Virus record (IMG/VR): IMGVR_UViG_3300025603_000008
Direction: 5' to 3' (one strand)
From: an uncultured virus (IMG/VR IMGVR_UViG_3300025603_000008)
Lineage: Duplodnaviria; Heunggongvirae; Uroviricota; Caudoviricetes
Length of the DNA stretch: 64,000 nucleotides
The notes under the pieces are model-generated. The model searched no databases. It was not told the DNA's origin and saw nothing but the letters and a program-made list of their open reading frames with translations. Each line of letters begins with the position of its first letter. The first letter of the stretch is position 1. A program made the translations under genes and the position numbers. Positions 29,268 through 37,913 of this stretch are shown here, piece after piece.

Positions 29268-30209
29268 ATGTCTTCAAAAAAAGATAAAGTCAGACACATA
29301 GCTGAGGCATTTACATACTACTTCATAGAAAACTGTTGGGAATACTTTGAAGAAGGCGAAATGAGTCACTTGATGTCAAAAGTAGATATTGAGAGGTTGA
29401 GTGATAAAACTATTTGTGATTGCTCTTATGTTCGAGACAAAGTTCTCTGGAATAGTATGCCTGTACGAAAATTAGTTCGCTGTGTGGTCAGGCTAATTGA
29501 CAATCAGGAAACAGAGTTTATTGAAAGCCACATTAAGCTAAAAGAAAGAGGGCTTAGAGTTGGCGATGTTATGCACATCTTAAAACGAAGGCCAGATTTA
29601 CTAAGCTTTTTAGGGATTCAGATATCTAGCATCAATCAAGAAGAAGCCCACTCCTTACTGCTTATGGGACTTAAGTATTTTTTGGATAAAATAGACATTC
29701 ACAAATACAACTTCTCTTACATCCAAGGGTTTCAGATTGCAAAGGCATATGGGTTTCAAAAAAAAGTAGTGATGAGTGTTCCGTATCAGAAGTTCAACAA
29801 TCTTCAAATAGGAGAGCTGCTTGCAGCAACGGGAGAGGTGTTTATACACCTAGTGAGTTTATCAGCGCTTAAAACAACGGACTGGAGGTTTATATTAGAG
29901 AGTCAACCGCAGATGTATGAACACATGGACCCAGTTATATTTTTAGATGCGGACGTGTACGAGTTAGTGAAGCTTATGGCAAACTTTGACTATGAAGAAC
30001 TACATTTGGCAATGAGAGCGAGAATAAAGGAATTAACTCCATACGGAATAGAATTGCTGTTAATACATTATTTAAAAAACTACAAAGCCCTTGTGGACCT
30101 GTCTCAATTAGATGAAAACAACGTAGTCAAGATTCAGGAGCATCATCCTCATTTCGAGCTTCCTCCACATATATCAGCCATTCCCTCCAACAGCCAGCAC
30201 TGTGATTAG
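29268..30209 (+). CDS. Hypothetical helical protein
   Basis: 313 aa ORF. Confidence 0.7.
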   Translation: MSSKKDKVRHIAEAFTYYFIENCWEYFEEGEMSHLMSKVDIERLSDKTICDCSYVRDKVLWNSMPVRKLVRCVVRLIDNQETEFIESHIKLKERGLRVGDVMHILKRRPDLLSFLGIQISSINQEEAHSLLLMGLKYFLDKIDIHKYNFSYIQGFQIAKAYGFQKKVVMSVPYQKFNNLQIGELLAATGEVFIHLVSLSALKTTDWRFILESQPQMYEHMDPVIFLDADVYELVKLMANFDYEELHLAMRARIKELTPYGIELLLIHYLKNYKALVDLSQLDENNVVKIQEHHPHFELPPHISAIPSNSQHCD

Positions 30210-30478
30210 TTCAGGTATTTTTTTATTTTGTTTTTCCAAGATTTCAATTTAGAAGTTACTCGGTCAATATTTTCAACTCCATCTTGGTACTCGTCATCCT
30301 CAATATGTTGTAATAGTTGAGTCATATCAGTCCTCAGGTCTGCTACTTCGTCTTTCCAATGCTTAGGCTTAGTGTATAAAGCATCATGTTCACCCAAGTC
30401 TTTGACCATGAGCTCACGAATGTAATTTCTCAGAGCTTCTTCTTCAGTTTCGCTTAGGTTTGATTTTTTGTTTTCCAT
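30206..30478 (-). CDS. Hypothetical protein
   Basis: 90 aa; EEALRNYIRELM motif. Confidence 0.65.
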   Translation of the reverse strand: MENKKSNLSETEEEALRNYIRELMVKDLGEHDALYTKPKHWKDEVADLRTDMTQLLQHIEDDEYQDGVENIDRVTSKLKSWKNKIKKYLN

Positions 30479-30481
30479 CTC

Positions 30482-31108
30482 TTATTTTTCTTTTTCCACC
30501 ACCTCTATAGACATCTGGTGCGGAGCACCAATAGACCCTCCAAAGTAAGGAAACAGTTTGTAAGTAAATAGTCTACCAAAGAAGAAACCCGTTCGTCTTG
30601 GCATAGAAACTCTGGCTTTCTCACCGTCTTCGTTTTCGCCGACAAACACATACTTACCTTTTTCAATGTACAAATCCAGTTTTAACCATTCATTAGTGGA
30701 GCAATCCATAAGCTTTCTACTTTGTCTTTCGCCTCTAACGTAGCAGTAAGCTATAATCTCGATACTCTTACCGTCTACACATCTCCAGCCGAATCTTGCA
30801 GAATCTTTGTGGTGCACACCCTCCCCTAAGCCATAAAGCTTGTTTATTTGGTCAAAATTAGTATCTAGAGTGTAAAGACACTCTGGTGAGAATCTAGCCA
30901 ATATCTCAAGGTCTAACAGTTTCCATTTTGCAAATCCATATAATATCAACGAAGCCCCTAATCCTCCCCAGACGAAAGTAGATTGAACAAAAGAAGATAT
31001 AGATAATCCAAATGTAACCACAAGCATAAGGATAGGGTAAAATAATTCTTGGAATTTTAATCCTTTAAAATAGTGCTTGCCACTAGCCACTGTGAATGTT
31101 TTTGTCAT
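30482..31108 (-). CDS. Membrane-associated hypothetical protein
   Basis: 208 aa; two N-terminal hydrophobic helices. Confidence 0.7.
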   Translation of the reverse strand: MTKTFTVASGKHYFKGLKFQELFYPILMLVVTFGLSISSFVQSTFVWGGLGASLILYGFAKWKLLDLEILARFSPECLYTLDTNFDQINKLYGLGEGVHHKDSARFGWRCVDGKSIEIIAYCYVRGERQSRKLMDCSTNEWLKLDLYIEKGKYVFVGENEDGEKARVSMPRRTGFFFGRLFTYKLFPYFGGSIGAPHQMSIEVVEKEK

Positions 31109-31139
31109 GATTTAAAAGTGTTTACCTATCAATTTGATG

Positions 31140-31156
31140 CTATTTATCATAAATAG
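31140..31156. promoter_or_regulatory. Palindromic pair of class B promoters between divergent genes
   Basis: CTATTTAT-C-ATAAATAG. Confidence 0.65.
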
Positions 31157-31164
31157 AAAGGATT

Positions 31165-32256
31165 ATGAATAGCAATATTAAACTTGGATACTGTATAATA
31201 AAGAACCCTTTCTCAGAAGAAAGGGAAACTATGATTTTCATAACTTCACCAAACTCTCCTACACTTAATACAGAAATTATGGACCAACCCTCTTTTGCTA
31301 GGGCGTGCAAGCTGTTGAAAAGGATGGGGTTTGTTCAAACAGAGCCCCTTACATTCGAAAACGCTAAAAGTGTGAAGGTCAGCAACAAGATGATTAGAAG
31401 CACTCTTGACGAAACTGGTATGAGTTATAATAAAAGCCTGGAAGAAGCCATTCGAAAAGAGCTAAGCACCATATCTCAGGAAGTAGAAGATGAGATGGCT
31501 CAAGAATCAACATCACAAGAAGATTTTCTATTAGATGTCTCTCACTCCACATTGCCATTGGGGAGCAAATTTAGAATTCCACCAGTAGGAGAAACAATTG
31601 AATTATACTTTTACCTTTTCTTAGAAGGAGCGCTCCTCAAAGATGGAGATGTTATTTATAACCTCAACGGAGATTTTTACACAAAAAAAGGAGACGCTGG
31701 AAAAAGATTTATTAAACCAATAGGAGCGAAATTTAGAAGAATCGACAGAGGAAACACGAAAGAGCTGTATTTTGAGAGTGTGTCAAATTATAAAGAATTT
31801 ATTAATGACATAGACTGCTTATACACGGCAACTTTTCAATTTGAAACAAAAGAAGCGGTGGACCACGATAAATATTCTATCAAAAAAGTGGTGTCTATTT
31901 TGGAGATATCAGCTGATATAAATCTTGCTAACTACATCACGATTAATCTGGAGTCTCCTCGACATTTTAGTCAATTAATTAGGTTGAGCAACGAAATAAA
32001 GCAAGAAATGATTGATTTAAAAGACAAAACTATACCTATAAATTTTCTTTTAGAGAAATCAAAGAGCCTTGTAAATGATTTAAGTGAGAAGATGTTAGAA
32101 GCTGCAGACACAGAAGCATACGAGAAAGCTGCGTATTTTAAAAAGTCAATCAACTCGATTAATGACCGAATAATGTGGATGAATCAAAGCAATAAGACAG
32201 AAATTACACTGATGGAATACGACATTCACTTGGCCATTGGAAGCGTTTCTGAGTAA
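31165..32256 (+). CDS. Hypothetical protein with C-terminal UVR (UvrB/UvrC)-like motif
   Basis: KMLEAADTEAYEKAAYFKKSI. Confidence 0.65.
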   Translation: MNSNIKLGYCIIKNPFSEERETMIFITSPNSPTLNTEIMDQPSFARACKLLKRMGFVQTEPLTFENAKSVKVSNKMIRSTLDETGMSYNKSLEEAIRKELSTISQEVEDEMAQESTSQEDFLLDVSHSTLPLGSKFRIPPVGETIELYFYLFLEGALLKDGDVIYNLNGDFYTKKGDAGKRFIKPIGAKFRRIDRGNTKELYFESVSNYKEFINDIDCLYTATFQFETKEAVDHDKYSIKKVVSILEISADINLANYITINLESPRHFSQLIRLSNEIKQEMIDLKDKTIPINFLLEKSKSLVNDLSEKMLEAADTEAYEKAAYFKKSINSINDRIMWMNQSNKTEITLMEYDIHLAIGSVSE

Positions 32257-32284
32257 AGGGTGATAAAATCAATTATATCATAAT

Positions 32285-32560
32285 ATGGAAATACGAAAAT
32301 TTATAGCAACAACTATACGTGAATATTTGAATGAAAAATCACAATATAAGTTAGATGGTGATGATAAAATTGGGTATATTGAATATTATTATGACGGTGG
32401 TCAATTTTCAGAATATTTACCAAATCTCGAAAAAGAGTTTTATTTGGCGATGATTAGTGTTGATGGAGAATTTAGAGGGAATGACTATTCAACACAAATG
32501 ATAAATTACATAAAAAATTTCGCTAAGGAAAAAGGTGCTATGTTTTATGAAACTAAATAG
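32285..32560 (+). pseudogene. Truncated GNAT acetyltransferase with N-terminal packaging-like motif
   Basis: MEIRKFIATTIREYLNE; YLAMISVDGEFRGNDYS..I..FAKEKG, then abrupt end at a TGCTA junction. Confidence 0.6.
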
Positions 32561-32601
32561 TGTGTGAGTAAAATAAAACAAGAAAAAATAAAACAAGAAA
32601 A

Positions 32602-32907
32602 ATGAAAACAGGTAAGATTATTTTAGGTGACATAATATGTCAAATAAGTTTTGAAAAAAACCCTTCAATTTACTTAGAAGAAAAAACAAATGAAGATGGT
32701 TCAAAATCTTTAACTGGTTATCAAAAATGGAATCCATTCAAAATTAATTTCACATCTAAATATGGTTATGATTTAGTAAGTGGAAAATATGATTCAATTT
32801 TTGTTGTTCCAAGTAACGAAACAAATGTGTGGAAATTATTTAATTGTGTTGTTAATTTAGAAAAAAATGAAATTGCTTTTGAAAGTGGTGTGTTATATCA
32901 AGAGTAG
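32602..32907 (+). CDS. Cassette ORF, hypothetical protein
   Basis: 101 aa ORF followed by attC-like site A. Confidence 0.65.
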   Translation: MKTGKIILGDIICQISFEKNPSIYLEEKTNEDGSKSLTGYQKWNPFKINFTSKYGYDLVSGKYDSIFVVPSNETNVWKLFNCVVNLEKNEIAFESGVLYQE

Positions 32908-32965
32908 TGAAATTTTTAAAAGGTTTTTACACAGAACTTAATACGAAGCAGAAACGTAGCATTGC

Positions 32966-33024
32966 ATATAACGGTTTGTATAAGGTGCGTAGCTTTTCGC
33001 TATGCAATTTACACAGTGTTAACT
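32966..33024 (+). repeat. attC-like site A (59 bp)
   Basis: ATATAAC-ggtt-TGTATAAggTGCGTAGC-ttttc-GCTATGCAaTTTACACA-gt-GTTAACT. Confidence 0.75.
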
Positions 33025-33122
33025 ACTGGCGGATTAATGACCCACCAACGCTAGTACGAAGCACGAAGCACGAAGCACTAAAAAATAAAAAGAAGGGTGG
33101 GTAAAAATAAATTAATAATAAG

Positions 33123-33626
33123 ATGAAAGAAGATGTTAAGTCGGGCAAAAATGCCCCCGAAAAAACAGATGCTCATCCACAAGTGGAAAGAGTAGAAACA
33201 AATGAAGAATACAACCAAGAATTAAAAAGAAGGTTGAGTGAGAAAAACAATTCAACATTGATTAAGTACGAAGAACTTATTGATATTGCTCCTGAGTTTG
33301 CCTTATGGTTAAAAGAACTTGTGCGATATGGAAATGTTGACTCGCAAGCATTAATTTTCCTTGACACTAAAGAGGCAGGAAAAAACAAGTTTATTTGCAG
33401 ATTACATACAAACGACCACTATTACTCAATTTCTGGATATAAACCAACAGATAAAAGTAGTGGATACCTAGGCTGTATTGCATCAACTAGAAAAAACAGA
33501 GTTGGTGAAGACTGGAATAGAGGTAGTGATTTACCTGACGGTAAATACAGTAAAAAAACATTTGATGCAATTGTTAGAAGAATTGTAGCATATGAACTAA
33601 AAACACTCCAATTGTGGAGAACCTAA
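33123..33626 (+). CDS. Cassette ORF, hypothetical protein
   Basis: 167 aa; GYLGCIASTRK..GEDWNRGSDLPDG. Confidence 0.7.
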   Translation: MKEDVKSGKNAPEKTDAHPQVERVETNEEYNQELKRRLSEKNNSTLIKYEELIDIAPEFALWLKELVRYGNVDSQALIFLDTKEAGKNKFICRLHTNDHYYSISGYKPTDKSSGYLGCIASTRKNRVGEDWNRGSDLPDGKYSKKTFDAIVRRIVAYELKTLQLWRT

Positions 33627-33712
33627 TTGGTTGGTAAAACCAAAAGCGGGTGGCTTTTATTTTTTCTTCTGATTACGCAGAAAATTAAATACGTGCCACT
33701 ACACCCGCTTGT

Positions 33713-33771
33713 AGTTAGCGTTTTGGCTATGATACGTTGCTTTTCGCAATGGATTATAGGTAGTATTAGGC
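33713..33771 (+). repeat. Degenerate attC-like site B (59 bp)
   Basis: AGTTAGC..CTATGATacGTTGC-ttttc-GCAATggATTATAG..ATTAGGC; core AAC/GTT changed to AGC/ATT. Confidence 0.6.
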
Positions 33772-33795
33772 TTAGTACGGATTTAAATTACAAAT

Positions 33796-34020
33796 ATGGG
33801 AAAATCATGTAAGTGTACTCTTTGTGTAAATTATGAGTTTTATAAGTGGGCAGTTGTAATGGAGTGTAAATGTGGATGCCATACAGGTGATGGCATGACA
33901 GGACATGATGGATTATGTTGTTCGTTGCCGAATGGATTAAAGAAAAATAACCCACACAAAAACCTAAAAGAATCTAAGTATTACAAAGAAATATTAGATA
34001 AATGGGAAAACGAGGGCTAG
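33796..34020 (+). CDS. Cassette ORF, small Cys-rich protein
   Basis: 74 aa; CKCTLC, CKCGCH, CC. Confidence 0.6.
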   Translation: MGKSCKCTLCVNYEFYKWAVVMECKCGCHTGDGMTGHDGLCCSLPNGLKKNNPHKNLKESKYYKEILDKWENEG

Positions 34021-34026
34021 TATTAC

Positions 34027-34043
34027 ACACAGCGGAATGTATA
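34027..34043 (+). repeat. Left-half remnant of attC-like site C
   Basis: ACACAGC-ggaa-TGTATA resembles site G (ACACAAC-aat-TGTATA); right arm absent. Confidence 0.4.
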
Positions 34044-34057
34044 TATAAAGAAATGTT

Positions 34058-34498
34058 ATGAGTAAAGAAATGAGAGAACAAATAAATAAGGTTAAGAACT
34101 TTGGTAAGTTCTTGAATGAGAATAAATATTATGATGAAGAAAGTGACGAATATTATGATTTATTAAAGATTAACATAAATGAATTAATATTGAGTAAAAG
34201 AAGTTTAATGGGGGTTTTTAATAATTTTATTGATGGTAAAAAATCACATAGTAATAAAGAACCTTTAAATGTTTGGAGAACTGATAATAATTTATTGTTT
34301 TTAGTTGATGGTTATCATAGAGTTTTTGATTCATTATTAAATAGTACTTTAATTAATGATGTTATTGTGGTTGGTGAAGGTTATACTGATTATTATTCTG
34401 AACCATCTAATGGTAATGTTTTTAAAATTGATACTAATTTAGAATTTAATGGTTTGGAAAATATTATAGAAAAAGGTTATTTGGAATCACTAATGTAA
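34058..34498 (+). CDS. Cassette ORF: ParB/Srx-like protein with N-terminal packaging-like motif
   Basis: MSKEMREQINKVKNFGKFLNE; EPLNVWR..LVDGYHRV. Confidence 0.7.
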   Translation: MSKEMREQINKVKNFGKFLNENKYYDEESDEYYDLLKININELILSKRSLMGVFNNFIDGKKSHSNKEPLNVWRTDNNLLFLVDGYHRVFDSLLNSTLINDVIVVGEGYTDYYSEPSNGNVFKIDTNLEFNGLENIIEKGYLESLM

Positions 34499-34505
34499 CA
34501 CTTAC

Positions 34506-34599
34506 ACATAACGGCTGGGTGTATGAGAAGGTTTGCTTAGATAAACTATCAAATTACCACAAATGCTGATAGCAAACTTTCTTATACACCTTGTTATGC
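34506..34599 (+). repeat. attC-like site D (94 bp)
   Basis: ACATAAC..GGTGTATGAGAAGGTTTGCT..AGCAAACTTTCTTATACACC-tt-GTTATGC. Confidence 0.8.
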
Positions 34600-34707
34600 T
34601 CTCGTGCCGATTTATTAACTGATAATGTTGATTTGAAACACGAAAGAAAAATAAAAAGAATTTTAGAGTGGAGTTTTAAAAACCGAATATTTATATATAA
34701 AGAAACT

Positions 34708-35196
34708 ATGAGTGAAGATATGCGTAAAATAATTGATAAAGTTAAGAACTTTAAGCAGTTTGTGAATGAAAATCACACAATAAATGAAAATGATATTGAA
34801 CAATGGATGAGTGGTGAATGTATTCCATTTTGTGTTGCGTTGAATGAAATATTTCCACAATATCAAATAGCGGTAATTAACGATGAATTTGAAGATGTTG
34901 ATGAAGATGCTGAATATAATTTCAATTTTGTTCATGCCTTTTGCTATCATCCAAATAACCATAATATTATAATTGATGCAAGAGGTGTTAGAAAACTTAA
35001 AGATTTATATGAAGATTTTTATGATATAAATCCAGTTATTGATTGGGACATAACAAACTCTAAATATTTGATAGATAATTATGCAGGTAAAGAGTTTGCA
35101 TCTGAAGAAAGTTTTGAATATGATATTAACGAATACCAATCAGCAAAAGATTATATAAGTAAAAATATTCAAAAATATAGTATTAATTTGAAATAA
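34708..35196 (+). CDS. Cassette ORF: Cys-His-Asp (papain/transglutaminase-like) protein with packaging-like motif
   Basis: MSEDMRKIIDKVKNFKQFVNE; GECIPFC..VHAFCY..IIDARG; TATTTAT at 34688. Confidence 0.65.
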   Translation: MSEDMRKIIDKVKNFKQFVNENHTINENDIEQWMSGECIPFCVALNEIFPQYQIAVINDEFEDVDEDAEYNFNFVHAFCYHPNNHNIIIDARGVRKLKDLYEDFYDINPVIDWDITNSKYLIDNYAGKEFASEESFEYDINEYQSAKDYISKNIQKYSINLK

Positions 35197-35281
35197 TTTT
35201 ATTATCTTTGTTTTGCGTTGGCGAAATTCTTTTTGTTTTTCATTACAAATGTTAAATCGAAGAACTGAACTAAGGCATGGA

Positions 35282-35344
35282 GCATAACGTTTAGTATAAG
35301 ATTAAGCGATAGCGACCGTAGGTTAATTTTATACATTGTTACCT
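35282..35344 (+). repeat. attC-like site E (63 bp)
   Basis: GCATAAC-gttta-GTATAAGATTAA..TTAATTTTATAC-att-GTTACCT. Confidence 0.8.
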
Positions 35345-35379
35345 ACTGTGGCGATTTTATAAACTAAAAACTTTGATAA

Positions 35380-35631
35380 ATGACTGAAATAAAAAATAAA
35401 TACGAGCCAAATGGAACTGAAGAAGAAGAAGTAAAGCTTGGAATATTACATAATGTAAATGGCTATTATGTAAGTAATGAAGGAACTAAACAAAAACCAA
35501 ACTATCACGTATGGGTTCCAAGCGTTACGCACGCTGATTGTGATAGTGCCTATGATGATATAACACTTGCTGTTTGTAGATGCGATTACTTGGCGAAACA
35601 TAAGGTTAAACTAAAGTATCAGCCATTGTAG
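35380..35631 (+). CDS. Cassette ORF, hypothetical protein
   Basis: 83 aa; its TAG stop overlaps the start of site F. Confidence 0.65.
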   Translation: MTEIKNKYEPNGTEEEEVKLGILHNVNGYYVSNEGTKQKPNYHVWVPSVTHADCDSAYDDITLAVCRCDYLAKHKVKLKYQPL

Positions 35632-35771
35632 GTAACGGTAAGTATAAAAACAGTACGACAATGACAGTACGACAATGACAGAAATAGATAATATAAAAGA
35701 CCAACACCAAAGATTAGAAATAGGTAGTGAAGAGGCACTAGAGCGAGTATTGTATTTATACAATGTTGGGC
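35630..35771 (+). repeat. attC-like site F (142 bp; contains start of next ORF and a 14-bp tandem duplication)
   Basis: AGGTAAC-ggtaa-GTATAAAAACAGTAC..GTATTGTATTTATAC-aat-GTTGGGC. Confidence 0.7.
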
Positions 35772-35962
35772 GTAGTTTTATTCACGAACTTATTAAAAAG
35801 GAAGAAACCCTTAAAGCTAAATTGAGCGAAAACTTAGACTTGTATAAGAGCAAGAACCTTATGAATGATTACGACAAAACATTTAGCCAATGGAACAAGT
35901 GCAATTTAGTTTTATGGGATTTAAAAGATATACTTTGTAGAATGGGCGAAGACTTAGATTAA
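35675..35962 (+). CDS. Cassette ORF, hypothetical protein (starts inside site F)
   Basis: 95 aa; codons LYNVGRS span the GTT crossover point. Confidence 0.6.
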   Translation: MTEIDNIKDQHQRLEIGSEEALERVLYLYNVGRSFIHELIKKEETLKAKLSENLDLYKSKNLMNDYDKTFSQWNKCNLVLWDLKDILCRMGEDLD

Positions 35963-35967
35963 ATTAC

Positions 35968-36017
35968 ACACAACAATTGTATATGGTTAGTGGCTTTTTA
36001 GCCATTAATTATATACA
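35968..36017 (+). repeat. Terminal attC-like site G lacking the final GTT box
   Basis: ACACAAC-aat-TGTATATGGTTAGTGGC-ttttta-GCCATTAATTATATACA. Confidence 0.65.
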
Positions 36018-36097
36018 GCGAGCTGGTTTTGTTTTATTTTTCAAGGGATGGCGGCGTATTATCCTGCATTCTTTCGGGGTCAATTTTATAATCTAAT

Positions 36098-36128
36098 TTT
36101 GAATTATAGACAACTTGTTGTATGTTTG
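36098..36128 (+). promoter_or_regulatory. Bacteroidota housekeeping-type promoter
   Basis: TTTG-N19-TATGTTTG; similar at 56819-56849 (N19) and 60978-61007 (N18). Confidence 0.6.
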
Positions 36129-36154
36129 CGCTTGCAACACAACAACATTTTCGA

Positions 36155-36703
36155 ATGAAATTCAAAAAATACCTCAAGAAAAGCGAGGCCTTTGTTAGCG
36201 GGTCATTCGGCCACGACACAGAAGACCCATTGTACCAAAGAGAGCTTCAGCTCAAAGGAGCAATCGAACAATTCCTCAAAGCAACAGAGGATTTGGATAT
36301 AATGAAGAAACACAAATATTACGGCAAAGACCTTCCTGAAGGATTTAAAACTCCTGTTCAAACAGCAGGTTTAAACGAAGCCTTCACACCATCAGTGGAT
36401 GCAGAAGAATCAGATATGCACGCTGTCATAGGAGTGTGCACAGAAGCAGGAGAACTTCTAGAGGCGATGTACAATCACAAGTGGAAGCAGAAAGAATTTG
36501 ACTTGGTCAACGCCAAAGAAGAAGTAGGTGACATCTTTTGGTACCTAGCCATCTTGTTTAGAAACCATAAATGGAGCATCAAATCCATTTGGGATAGAAA
36601 CATCGAGAAACTCACTAAGCGTTATGGTAAAAAGTTCTCCAGTGAGAAAGCTATAAACAGAGATACCGACGCAGAGCGGATAATCTTAGAAAAGAAGGAC
36701 TAA
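36155..36703 (+). CDS. MazG-like nucleotide pyrophosphohydrolase
   Basis: HAVIGVCTEAGELLE..KEEVGDIFWYLA..NIEKL.KRY. Confidence 0.8.
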   Translation: MKFKKYLKKSEAFVSGSFGHDTEDPLYQRELQLKGAIEQFLKATEDLDIMKKHKYYGKDLPEGFKTPVQTAGLNEAFTPSVDAEESDMHAVIGVCTEAGELLEAMYNHKWKQKEFDLVNAKEEVGDIFWYLAILFRNHKWSIKSIWDRNIEKLTKRYGKKFSSEKAINRDTDAERIILEKKD

Positions 36704-37830
36704 TGAAACAGTTTAACGACCTCGTATCACACATCTTGGAGAAAGGAAGATTAAAAGGCGACAGAACTGGAACTGGAACCTACTCTATCTTCGGATACCA
36801 GAACCAATACGACCTTCTAGACGGATTTCCACTTCTGGGACTCAAGAAAACATTTACTCGCGGAGTATTTGTTGAACTCTTATGGTTTATCAAAGGAGAT
36901 ACCAATATAAAGTATCTTGTCGACAACAAAGTTCACATCTGGAATGAATGGGCATATAAGACGTTTCTAACGCATGCAGAGAGCCTGGATGAGCCAGACT
37001 ATGAATTCCATACAGAAGACCCTCAAAACAACTGTACAAGACCTTTAACACAGGCTGAGTTTATAAGTGAGATTAAGCGCCGACCACACAATGACTCTTG
37101 GGTGCTTAAATGGGGAGAGTTAGGCCCTGTCTATGGTAAGCAGTGGGTAAAGTGGGTTGGAATTAAAAATGGCACCTCCAATCAGCTTGAGAGTCTTATT
37201 GAGGGCTTAAAGAACAATCCAGACTCAAGACGGCACATCGTAAACTCTTGGAATGTAGATGATTTACCAGACATGGCTTTATCTCCGTGTCACTGTATGT
37301 ACCAGTTTAACGTTGTAGATTTGAGCTATGAAGAAATAGAAAAAGCAATCGAGCTAGGCTACGACCGAGAAAGCCTCCCAACAAAGAGGCTTGATTGCCA
37401 ACTCTATCAGAGAAGTGCCGACGTATTCCTCGGAGTGCCCTTTAACATCGCGTCATATGCTGTGTTCACACACATGATTGCCCAGGTCACTGGAATGCTC
37501 CCAGGAGTGTTCACACACACTTTTGGAGATGCACATCTTTATGTGAACCACAGAGACCAAGTGAACTCATATTTGAATCGCACCCACTTGAACCAAGAGG
37601 ATGTCGATAAAATGATGGAGGTGAAAGATTTCAAAGAGCCAATTCTTGGAGATGACTACTTTATAGACCGCCAATCAGCAAAAAATAGGATTGGCAAATA
37701 CGAAGGACCCAGGCTTCCAACGTTGGAATTGAATCCTAACATCAAGTCTATATACGACTTCACTCTGGATGACATCAAAGTGAAAAACTACAACCCGCTA
37801 CCAGCGATTAAAGCGCCGATAGCAGTGTGA
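36703..37830 (+). CDS. thyA: Thymidylate synthase
   Basis: DRTGTGT, ELLWF, LGPVYGKQW, DSRRHIV, ALSPCH, LYQRSADVFLGVPFN, GDAHLY, IKAPIAV. Confidence 0.97.
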   Translation: MKQFNDLVSHILEKGRLKGDRTGTGTYSIFGYQNQYDLLDGFPLLGLKKTFTRGVFVELLWFIKGDTNIKYLVDNKVHIWNEWAYKTFLTHAESLDEPDYEFHTEDPQNNCTRPLTQAEFISEIKRRPHNDSWVLKWGELGPVYGKQWVKWVGIKNGTSNQLESLIEGLKNNPDSRRHIVNSWNVDDLPDMALSPCHCMYQFNVVDLSYEEIEKAIELGYDRESLPTKRLDCQLYQRSADVFLGVPFNIASYAVFTHMIAQVTGMLPGVFTHTFGDAHLYVNHRDQVNSYLNRTHLNQEDVDKMMEVKDFKEPILGDDYFIDRQSAKNRIGKYEGPRLPTLELNPNIKSIYDFTLDDIKVKNYNPLPAIKAPIAV

Positions 37831-37913
37831 AAAGCACAATTATAAAGCTGCATACATGTAGAAGAAAATGGCTCTGAACCTTATCTGCGACCAAGTCAAA
37901 TTTATATATTTCA

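Larger units (their letters stand above)
32260..36020 (+). mobile_element. Integron-like gene cassette array (attC-like sites; no integrase in window)
   Basis: Eight short co-directional AT-rich ORFs separated by AAC..hairpin..GTT sites; cassette starts complementary to their own ends. Confidence 0.75.

Noticed and set aside
32907..33812. ORF-track calls 32907-33104 and 33627-33812
   Set aside because: They span attC-like sites and cassette leaders/trailers with non-ATG starts; likely spurious
34055..34065. GTTATGAGTAA as the true cassette start (10/11 complement of TTACACATAAC at 34502-34512)
   Set aside because: This stretch is homologous to the ordinary leader and start of ORF 34708 and has no hairpin arm before it; may be coincidence, so not counted as evidence
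32260..36020. CRISPR array interpretation of the spaced palindromes
   Set aside because: Repeats differ in sequence and length, are separated by whole genes, and no cas genes are visible
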